Positions 53,731 through 64,000 of a stretch of DNA of 64,000 nt are shown piece by piece. This stretch comes from Eledone cirrhosa (lineage: Eukaryota): positions 86,676,001-86,740,000 of the forward strand of contig OZ024746.1 of the NCBI GenBank assembly GCA_964016885.1, read 5' to 3'. Below the pieces are notes generated by a model. That model was not told the origin of the DNA. It saw only the letters and a program-made list of their open reading frames with translations, and searched no databases. Position numbers and translations under genes: made by a program. The first letter of the stretch is position 1. Every line of letters begins with the position of its first letter.

Positions 53731-54435
53731 CTAAAAAACGCACCCGATGTTGCTTAGGAAGGAAAGTGTTCCTTATATATTAGAAGAAGAAAGCATAGAA
53801 ATTTGTTATTTTAAATTCCATTTATTCTTCATTTGAGGTAAATGATGAAATCAATTCTTAATACATAAATTTATAAAAAATGAAAAAACAAAATTTATCT
53901 CTGATATGAGGGGAGATAAATTCTATCACATGTGTTGAAGGAAATTACTTCAGAGCTTCTAGGTAAACAACATACTTTGTTTTCTGGTTCGGAGCATAGA
54001 CGAATAAGTCATGTAAACTACCAACCCTGGAGCAACAAATGTAAAGTTGACCATGAGAAAAGAAAAGCTAATTTAAGTGCAAGCCAGTAGATTTCAAAGT
54101 CTGATCTCCAGCTTTATTGATAGACAGTGCGAAGCAAAGTCGCACTGGGAACTGTATTTCAGATGGCATTTCCGTTGGTTTGATTGGAATTCTTGTAATG
54201 GAAATATCTTCCTCAGAGGTACACCCAGTGATGATGGTAGCTTCAATCACATTAGGTGATAATGTCTTCACAATCAGCCTTGCCCGATTGCATAATTTAG
54301 GAGGATCTAAATTTTGTAGAAGCATTTTTGGGACTCCAAACTCCAGGAAAAGTTTCTGTCGAGGAGTTCCAGGTGGCTCAAGAGAATTACGAAGAAAACG
54401 TAATTCCTTCACACATATGCAATGGTATTATCTGG
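53731..54435 (-). mobile_element. Helitron 3' fragment (helicase C-terminus and probable 3' end)
   Basis: NSLEPPG.P, NLDPPKLCN, QFPVRLCFALSINKA, FSHGQLY...SRV; decayed terminal hairpin rc cctaagcaacatcgggtgcgttttttag. Confidence 0.85.
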
Positions 54436-54451
54436 GCTCGTGCTACAATTA

Positions 54452-54628
54452 ATTATTTCTACTTTTGGCACAAGGCCAGCAATTATCCCAGTGCATTACT
54501 GGTACTTTATTTTATCGACCCCGTAAGGATGAAAAGCAAAGTTAACCTCGGCGGGATTTGAACTCAGACCATAAAGGGCCGTAACTCTATGCTGAAAAGC
54601 ATGGCGTCTGACCCTCTACCGATACTGC
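54452..54628 (-). mobile_element. tRNA-derived SINE
   Basis: consensus; TSD tgctacaattaat. Confidence 0.93.
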
Positions 54629-55431
54629 TACAATTAATGCTGACTAGACAGACAACTAAAGCGCAGATCTCAGTAGTGAATATTTAAAGTAGCATGTCTT
54701 TTTGTTTCTCAATACTTTTGTCAATTTCTAAGTAAGTGAAAAAAAATAATAATCCCCACTCCCCCCGCAAACAAAATTCCATTCCCATGTGTCGATTTTT
54801 AAAGCGGTTATTTGGTATTGTTCATTAGACAGCACCAAACCAAGCTAAGGGTCGAAGAGTATTCGCTTTTAAAAGATACTCTAAATAATGAAGGAGTACT
54901 CAATGCACAAATATTAGGTAGGGCTGTCATTTTACCTTCAACCTTTGTTGGAAGTCCAAGATATTGGAAGGAAAGTACTCAAGATGCAATGTGGTATGTG
55001 AGAGAATACGGTAGGCCTGATTTATTTATTAAATTCACTTGCAATCGTAAATGGAATGAAGTCATGGAGAACCTATACAAAGGTCAAAATCCCGAAGAGA
55101 GGCACGACATAATTGCAAGAGTTTTCAAGCAACAGTTAAATAAAATGATGAAATTATTGGTTGATAAGTGAGGTGGAATATTTGGCGAAACAAAGGCCTA
55201 CATATATACAGTAGAATGGCAGAAAAGATGCTTACCACATGCTCATATCTTACTTTGGTTAGAGCAAAAACTTTATCCAAATCAATTAGATTCAGTAATT
55301 TTGGCAGAAATTCTTGATCTTTATGAAATTCTCATTATAAAAATGGTCCATGGTCCATATGATTTATTAAATCCGCAATGTCCATGTATGAATGATGCAA
55401 AATGTGGGAAAAATTACCCAACATATTTAAT

Positions 55432-55580
55432 TAATTGTTTCTACTTTTGGCACAAGGCCAGCAATTACCCAGTGGATTACTGGTACTTTATTTTATCGAC
55501 CCCGTAAGGGTTAAAGGCAAAGTTAACCTCGGCGGGATTTGAACTCAGAATAGCAAGGGCCGTAACTCTATGCGTCAAAC
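55432..55580 (-). mobile_element. SINE inserted in Helitron Rep
   Basis: consensus; TSD atttaattaat. Confidence 0.92.
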
Positions 55581-57328
55581 ATTTAATTAATGAAACCAGG
55601 ACAGATGTCACAGGATATAACAAGAAACTCAAAGATATATACAATTGACAATAAGTGGATTGTACCTTACAAGCCATTACGTTTGAAAGAATTTAAAGGC
55701 CACATCAATGTATAACTTTATTCCTCTGTTCAAGCTATTAAAAAAAATTTGTTATTACTTTAATAAAGGTAGCGATGCTACTGTTCTAAGAATACGGAAT
55801 AATGACCAATATAATGAAGTCAAGAAGATGTAACAGGACGTTATGTCAATAGTAATGAAGGTGCATGGAAAATCTTTCAATTAAATATTCACATGCGATA
55901 CTCAGCTGTTCAACAATTGGATATACATTTAGAAAATGGCTAAAGAGTGTGCTTCACCAGCAATAATGCTAAAGTAGAATTAGAAATCCCCAAAATACAA
56001 CTTAAATTTCGTTCTTCAAATTGAACGAAACTGACGAATATGCAAGGAGTTTCCTATATAAGGAGATTCCATCTCAATATACCCTTACTTCCAGTAAAAC
56101 ATGGAAAAGAAGATTGAGTTGTGGATTTGTGCAAACCTGTTCTAGAATTTACACTGTACCACCTAATCAAACAGAATGCTATTTTCTCAGATTATTGCTG
56201 AAATTAGTTAGAGACATAAAGGCACATAAGGTTATTGTCTATAATACATTTAGAGAAGCATGTTTGGCAAGGGGATTGTTAGAAGATGACAATCATCTAA
56301 CACTAACACTTAGAGAAACTGTTTCTACCAAACTGACATGCCAGTTGAGATACTTATTTGCAATAATTCTAATTAATTGCAATCCTTCTGATCCTGTAGT
56401 ATACTATGACAAATGCAAACAACCAATGTCAGTTGATATTCTAAATCGATTGACAAACAATCAACAAGAAAAAATAAATGATGAAGAAATATTATACGGT
56501 GAACTTTAACACAAATTTAAAGCTCTTTTATATGAAATAGGACGAAAGGCTTTGATTGAAATAGGATTACCTGATCCAACTTATGAAGAACTAGAAGTAA
56601 ACAATATTGAAAGAGTAAATGAACATTTAGAAATAAGAAACTTTGTAGATGTAAATGACCCATTGTTAAATGAAGAACAAACACTTATTTACACTACAGT
56701 CAATGATTCAATAACCAATAGAAATGAACAAATATATATACTTTTTAGATTCTTTAGGTGGAACTGGAAAAACATTTTTGATCAATCTTTTACTAGCAAA
56801 CAATAAAATGAATGGTTATATTAGTATAGCCGCTGTTTCTTCAGGAATAGTATCAACTTTGATAGATAATGGAAAAACAGTACATTTAATGTTTAAATTA
56901 CCATTTTCATCATCAATAATTGATGAATTGACAACATCAATTAGAAAAAAATAGTCGAATTTGGATAACCTTAGAAAATTGTAATTTATTAGTATGGGAT
57001 GAAGTTTCAATGTCACACAAAAAGATTTTAGAGGCTGTTGATAAAACATTGAAAGAGATTAAAAAGAATAATTTACCTTTTGGTGGTATTACTGTTTTAC
57101 CAGCTGGTGATTTTAGATAAATACTTCTAGTAGAGGTAAAAAAGCCGATAAAATAGATGCATCTATCAAGGCACCCCATTTATGATAATTATTGGACAAA
57201 TTGTCATTAAGAATTAATATAAGAGTGCATATCCTAAAAATAATGTCTCAGAGGACTTTGCAAGTAAACTATGAGATATAGAAGAAAAAAAAGGATCCCA
57301 AGTGATGACAATCACATGATATTATTAC

Positions 57329-57447
57329 CAGTCTGAGTTCAAATCCCGCCGAGATTAACTTTGCCTATCATCCTTACGGGGTCGATAAAATAAAGTACCA
57401 GTAATGCACTGGGATAATTGCTGGCCTTGTGCCAAAAGTAGAAACAA
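57329..57447 (+). mobile_element. 5'-truncated SINE inserted in Helitron helicase
   Basis: TSD attattaccagt. Confidence 0.92.
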
Positions 57448-58570
57448 TTATTACCAGTGGGAAATAGAGTTGAGAATGAAATTGATTTAAAAACAATTAT
57501 TTTTGAGGACATTGTAATTAAATACACTAATACAGAATGGATGTCAGGCGGAATAATTTTAGCTGCTAAAAATGATAATGTTGATGCTACTAATATGCGA
57601 TTACTTAACGAAGAAGAACATAGATTAAAAACCTTCAATTCGATAGATCAAGTAATGGATACAAATGAAGCAGTAAATTTTCCGATTGGGTTCTTAAATT
57701 CATTAGAATTATCGGGATTTCCACCACATGAATTGTATTTGAAGAAAGGAGCTCCAATTATTCTTTTGAGATATTTACAAACGCCAAAGTTAACGAGGTT
57801 AATAGTGGAATCCCTTACAAATAATGTACTTGAAGGAAAAATATTAATTGGAAAGTACAAAAATGAATTAGTATTATTACCAAGAATTAAATTATTTGCA
57901 GAGGAGCCAGTGAGGTTTACAGGATTACAATTTCAGGTTAACTATCGTTTGCTATGACAATAAATAAATCACAGGATCAAACATTAAAAAAAAGTTGGTA
58001 TCAATCTTAAAATTGAAGTATTTTCTCATGGATAACTATAAGTATCACTTTCAAGATTGGGAGATCCTAATAATCTTTATTGCTATACAAAAGATGAAAA
58101 AGTTAAAAACATTGTTTATGATAAAGTTCTTTAGATATAAAAAACAAAAACAAAAACAAAAACAAAAAAATCAAACCAAAAGTAAAACCAAAACTGAAAA
58201 AAAAAACGAGACAAAAACAAATAATTAACTGGATGATTTAAAATAAAACATTATACTCGATACTGATCAAATTATATCAATATTATGTGTTGTTGAATAT
58301 AACATTCTGAAGCGAGGTTATTGTTAAATTAATTTGATATATATATATTTAATTTAAATTGCTATGTACATTATTTATATTTGAGCAACAAGGAATATTT
58401 TAAAGTATAATTCATTTCATAATTTCACCATTGAGTTTTACTTTTTTCAAAGTTTTTTTCATTCTTTCGGCAATGATAATATTCGATTTCAACTTCTTGA
58501 ATTCTTTCCCATATTCTGAACAGTAAGCATTCCTCAGAGGAGAATCAACTGAATTTGTCTATTAATGTAA

Positions 58571-59162
58571 CTAGCAGAAATACCACCTTTCGTGTGGTTT
58601 TCTGCTAGCATGTGTGATGTGCATATTGATATTATACGCAAGTATATATGTATGTAGATATGATACATACAATAAAATCGTAATTGACAGCATAGACAGA
58701 AATTGAACGAAGACTTATGTAAACAAGACGACATTATATATACACTGCACTAGGAGAAAATTAGTGACGGAAATATATGAATGTTTATTTAAGCGATCGC
58801 TAACCGGAAGTGTTGACAATTTTAAAGAAGTGAATCTTAAAATAAGCAACAATATTATTTATATTTAATCAAAAATAACGAAATTTAGTAGATACATTAT
58901 GCAATAGGGTCGGGCGCCATGCTTTGACGCATAGTTACGGCCCTTGCCATTCTGAGTTCAAATCCCGCCGAGGTTAACTTTGCCTTTCATCCTTACGGGG
59001 TCGATAAAATAAAGTACCAGTAATGCACTGGGTAATTGCTGGCCTTGTGCCAAAAGTAGAAATAATTATTTATTCAAAGTAATCCAACTTATTTTACAAA
59101 CGGGTTAAAAAAACATATATTCTGGACGCAGTCCTGCACTCCTTACTTTATTATAGTTTAGA
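58571..59162 (-). mobile_element. non-autonomous Helitron, copy 2 (SINE fragment inside at ~58905-59065)
   Basis: rc 5' A|TCtaaactataataaag; 3' hairpin ccacac-gaaa-ggtgg followed by CTAG|T. Confidence 0.82.
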
Positions 59163-59697
59163 TTGCTAATGACACAAGGAAAATGTCCCAGCAAGGTTGT
59201 TGTTTAATTAATTATTATTTTTATACATTTGAATTGTTATTTACATTCTTTATATTTGAACGTCAAGGACATTTTTTATTATAATTCATTCCATAATTTT
59301 AACATTTATTTTTACAATGTTTTCATTCTTTTGGGAATCACATCGACATGCATGTGTTTATATATATATATATATATATATATGTATTGAGTACCTTACT
59401 TACTGTGGTTACCTCCGATTCAACCCGGAATAACGTATATATATATATATATATATATATCCTCTATTATCTGACATATTTAATTATATGTCTTATCTCC
59501 TTTGCTATGAATTATAATGAGCTCGGTCTCTCTTCCCTGATTTATTGTGAGTTTCTTACTCTATATTATAGTTTGACGTATATATATATATATGTAAAGA
59601 GAGAGAAAGAGAGGGGGTTATAACAAATAGAGACAGAGGGGTTATAACATATAGAGAGGGACCGATGACGTGGTAACGTACCAAACAAAGGCAACAA

Positions 59698-59739
<42 letters not shown>

Positions 59740-60072
59740 CAGGGAACTATAATGACGCAGGCATAACACATTGTGTACCTGTGTGTGTGTGTTCGTCTGT
59801 TAAATTAGCTGAAGTTGGCCCTTTAACTATCTGTCTGTGTGCCTATCTGTCGTACACGCACGGGCCATGTTGTGGTAATCTGTCTTGCTAGATATGACAG
59901 CAAAATAAACCTTAGCTTCTACAACACACACACATTGATTTGTACCTCTATGTATAACTCTTTCTGTATCTACCTACCTACATATCTATCTACCTACCTA
60001 CATATCTATCTAAATACTTACATATCCATCTATCTAGCTACTTACATATCCATCTATCTATCTACATATCTA

Positions 60073-61862
60073 TTGCTCAAGGATCAAGGTGAACGGCTAC
60101 CTCTCGGAGCCGTTCCATATCACGCGATCCATCCGACAGGGATGCCCTCTCTCCTCCCTTCTGTACGTACTGACTTTCGAGCCACTACTGCAGAAGTTGG
60201 AGCGATTGCAGGGCATCCCTTTGGAACCGAGACTGCGAAAAGCGGCGTCGGCCTACGCCGACGACGTAACAGTAATGGTGTCGTGCACCTCGCAAATCGG
60301 GGAGATCGGCACCGTACTGGAGGAATACGAAAGGTTCACAGGAGCGAAGCTGAAGCGGGACAAATCCGTCGGTTTGCAACTCGGAACGTGGATAGGCAAA
60401 CCGATGCCTTCCGATGACGTCGTCGGACGCTGGACGGAAGGACTGGTAAAGCTGATCGGGGCCTGGTTTGGTCCAGACGACCAGGTGGAGAAGAACTGGA
60501 ATAAGGTAACGGCCAAGGTGTTTGCGCTCACCCAGAAGTGGGCCGAGTGCAAACTATCCCTGAAAGGTCGAGCGGAGGTGGCGAACACTTTTATAGCGTC
60601 CGTCATCTACTACCGCTTGACCGTCGTGCCTTGTCCAGCCAAAACGCTCACCCAAATGGAGCGCGCGCTCTTCCAATTTCTTTGGAAGAAACGGGCTCCA
60701 TTGGTGAGAAGATCCATCTGCTGCCAACACCCTTTAAACGGAGGGCTGGGGATGTTGTGGCTGACAATGCGTAAGCACGCGCTCAGGCTGTGGTACCTCC
60801 ACGTATTCCTCACCAGACAACCGGTGTGGGCCCCGTTCGTGAGGCGAGTCTTCCCACGACTCGTCTCGCTGACCGAGCTGCAGTCCTGGGTCAAGCAAAG
60901 ACCGAGGAAATGGGCGACTGGCACATCGAATGTGCTCAGGCGCTTACAGTCCTCTGGCAAACGGACCCGGCGATCAGTGGAGACTCCACTTCGACATTCC
61001 ATAGAGGGTTGGTCCGCAGCAAGTGCGACGACATGCTCGGAGAAATTCTAGGCGTAGAGGACGACGAACTGGCTAGTCAGTTCGGTAGGACCTTCCGCCC
61101 GGGACCAATGGACAACTTCCAAAAGTCCCTGGCCTGGCAGTGCTACCGAGGAGCTCTACCAGTTCGAGACAAGCTCTACAGACACGGGCGCTCGGGTAGG
61201 GACCCTTCGAAAAAGATCTGTCCGAGATGTGTGCGCAACGAGGAAACCGTCGCACACGCATTAGTACACTGCCCGGGCTTTACCGACCTGTGGGGCTATG
61301 TAGAACGCCTATTATCGCGGGTGGGACCAATCCAGTTGACCACCGAGTCCATTGTCATGATCAAACCGCCACCCTCCTTCAAAAACGAGGGAGAGGCGGT
61401 TTTCCCATGTGTTATGGCTATAGTGAAAGAGGTTATATGGTGGACGAGGTTAACAGGGCTGAGGTCAGACATTTCTCTCCGGCGAGCAACTGATTCTTTT
61501 TTTCAAATATCATTTTGGAAGAAGAATCAGGATGGAGAGAGTGCTATACCCCAGCAAATTTTATAAAAGGTGGGTGAATGTGGCAAAGATGGCCCGAGCG
61601 GTTGGGCCTTCTCTCTATATAAGCCTGTAGGTTGAGGAAAAAGAGGAAGAGAGGAAGGGAGTACTCATTCTTGGTGCTCCTGGAGATGAGGGTTGTACAT
61701 TTTTTCGGGGTGTGTACAACCCCTGTGTAACACCTCTCCCATATTGGGCATTTCAATTGTTATTTGTTATTGTATTAATAGTTTTATTTTCATATACCTG
61801 TATGTAAACTCCCCATTTGTATTTGTCCCCTTCTTTTGTGCCCTTGTGGCTAATAAAGAAAT
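60073..61862 (+). mobile_element. 5'-truncated L1/Tx1-like LINE (RT C-half + zf-RVT) inserted in (TATC)n
   Basis: IRQGCPLS, AYADDV, GGLG, CPRC..NEETVAHALVHC, RWVNVAKM; aataaa at ~61852; TATC-type repeats on both sides. Confidence 0.93.
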
Positions 61863-62486
61863 TTATCTATCTACATATCTATTTATGTCAAGGAATTTTT
61901 TTTTATCATATTTCATTTAATGATTTTACAATTGTCTATACTTCTTTCTCCCATTCTTCTGGCAACCGCAATAATAGATTTTAACTTCTTGAATTCATTT
62001 CCATATTCTGAACGGTAACTACAGAAAGCATTCTCCAAAGGAGATGAACTAGATTTGTCTAGTCTTAAATAAAACGACGCATTACTCAATAAAAGTGTGT
62101 ACGCTCGGATTTTTTCCTTGTTTCTTTTATTTTCCTGTGACGTTTGTTCCTGTACACATAAATAACTATTACTTACAAGCATTGACGTAAATATGAAGAT
62201 GTTGCTGACACAAATAATGCACCTGCAAAGTTAGCAGCTCCACGTAGATTGGTTACAAATAAGAACGAAAACAGATAAGAATATTTAGCAGAAATATATG
62301 GCTTATATTGATAAGAATATTTATCAGATATCTATGGCTTATATTGTCTGGTTTGTGTCTTGCAGAGAGTTTTCCTGTTTGTCTTGCGACGGTTTATATT
62401 TGGTCTTAATTCAATTTCGTGTCTCGGTTTGAAATATCTTAATGTGAAATGTAAAACCGTCCGGTAACTGATCTCCTCACCCCCCC

Positions 62487-62529
<43 letters not shown>

Positions 62530-62579
62530 GTATTGAGTACCTTATTTAGGGTGGTTACTCCCGATTGAATCCGGGATAA

Positions 62580-62646
<67 letters not shown>

Positions 62647-62675
62647 ATACAGGACAAAGTAGAGACACAAAATAA

Positions 62676-62720
62676 CACCACTGAGGAGGTCACAGAACGT
62701 TTGATGAAAGAGCTTTAGTG
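62676..62720 (+). ncRNA. degenerate hammerhead motif
   Basis: cacca CTGAGGA ggtca...tgat GAAA gagc TT tagtg. Confidence 0.45.
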
Positions 62721-62829
62721 ACAATCAACAACTAAACAACCAAGGTATGACCCTTCCTAAGTATAACTAAGTGTGTAAGTGCGTGTGTGTGTTGACATCT
62801 TAAGGATACTAGCTTAATTAAAACATTGA

Positions 62830-62877
<48 letters not shown>

Positions 62878-63166
62878 CGAAGGAAGTCTGGTAAGGAACC
62901 AAATAGACCATAACGCACCAGACTACTCAATACTTAGGGTAGTAGAGCTCAAGCCGTTTCGGCGGCTATTTTTGGACTAAATAGCTGTCGAAACGGCTTC
63001 AGCTCTTCGGGGTTAAACTTTTTCCTATATAGCTGTCTAAACGTCATGTTATAACTTTAAGGTAAAATTCCTTATTGAGCGCTTTAGCTGCACATCCCAA
63101 CTGCATTCGTTAGTTTGGCTGCAACCAGAGGTTCGATTAAGCTGTACTTCCTTTATATATATATAT

Positions 63167-63361
63167 ATAGGAACAAGTATGACCCCGACGGCAGAGCTGA
63201 AGCCGCCCCGACGGCTATCTCTGGACGGAGTTAGCCTTCGGGGCGGCTTGAGCTCTGCCGTCGGGGTCATACTTGTTCCTATTACCCACTCTACTACCCT
63301 AAGTATTGAGTACTTGGGTGCGTTATGGTCCATCTGGTTCCTTACTCTATTTCCTTCGTTA
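63167..63361. mobile_element. (TA)n-embedded hairpin element, opposite orientation to 36603-36797
   Basis: hairpin 63167-63282 plus unique end ...gtattgagtacttgggtgcgttatggtcca...cgtta. Confidence 0.82.
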
Positions 63362-63376
63362 TATATATATATATAT

Positions 63377-63750
63377 ATATGTATAATATTTCGTATCTCC
63401 AAAGAAATACAGTTTTAGGAAGCCGTAGCTATGCAAACACCGGGGGCTAACGCTCTCTGGTGATGTCCAGCAGAAGTTGAGCCAACTTATGCAGCTTCAT
63501 ATGCAAATGACATTAATCACCTCATTTACACAGACGAGAAAACTATATATTCTCAGCTGTCGTCTAGTCCAGCAGTCGCAAGCGGTGGGAGGCACCGTCC
63601 TGACGAAGGCCAGTTAAGCCTGAAATGCAGAGACGGTTGTCACCCTTGCTTCTGCTGGACATCACCAGAGGGCGTTAGCCCCCCCGGTGTTTGCATAGCT
63701 ACGGCTTCCTAAAACTGTATTTCTTTGGAGATACGAAATATTATACATAT
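63377..63750. repeat. ~100-bp inverted repeats flanking a hammerhead-like core
   Basis: 63377-63476 versus 63649-63750. Confidence 0.92.
63594..63637 (+). ncRNA. minimal hammerhead motif with U16.1>G change
   Basis: accgtc CTGACGA aggc-cagttaa-gcct GAAA tgca GA gacggt. Confidence 0.65.
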
Positions 63751-63778
63751 TGTGTAAAGCTATGCTTGAAGCGAAATC

Positions 63779-63833
<55 letters not shown>

Positions 63834-63909
63834 TACTGAGACGGAATCATCGGACAAAATCGTTTTAATACCCACTCAATGTTTTAATTAAGCTAGTATC
63901 CTTAAGATG

Positions 63910-63910
<1 letters not shown>

Positions 63911-64000
<90 letters not shown>
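63911..64000. repeat. (CA)n running off the window
   Basis: direct reading. Confidence 0.97.

Larger units (their letters stand above)
54795..58135 (+). pseudogene. second, AT-rich Helitron RepHel, heavily decayed, with two SINE insertions
   Basis: ILPSTFVGSPRY, GRPDLFIKFTCN, VEWQKRCLPHAHIL, HIN, GGTGKTFL, VWDEVSM, GDFR, FLNSLELSGFPPH, FSHG.L.VSLSR. Confidence 0.92.

Noticed and set aside
63075-63135. Hammerhead relic on the minus strand (…gcagc TAAA gcgc TC)
   Set aside because: Both conserved core boxes are altered; not supportable without a consensus.

Overview
Eukaryotic, AT-rich, repeat-saturated DNA. The SINE families and microsatellite load point to an octopus/coleoid cephalopod (inference). 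I found no convincing host protein-coding exon; most listed ORFs are microsatellite artefacts. Recognisable content: two decayed Helitron RepHel genes, a Helitron helicase 3' fragment and two non-autonomous Helitrons; LINE remnants (CR1-like, RTE, R4/Dong-like, L1/Tx1-like); a Penelope/Naiad-type GIY-YIG fragment; mariner and pogo/Tigger fragments; and about 18 copies or fragments of a tRNA-derived SINE, many with TSDs. The most interesting hidden signal is about nine type I hammerhead ribozyme motifs (CUGANGA...GAAA, palindromic stem III). Five have intact cores. Most sit in short non-coding elements embedded in (TA)n tracts or in inverted-repeat structures, consistent with non-autonomous Penelope-like/retrozyme-type elements. 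Other notable features are a (TA)n-embedded family ending in a co-varying ~58-bp hairpin and a SINE whose A-box region is amplified ~31 times. Coordinates were read by eye and may be off by a few bases.
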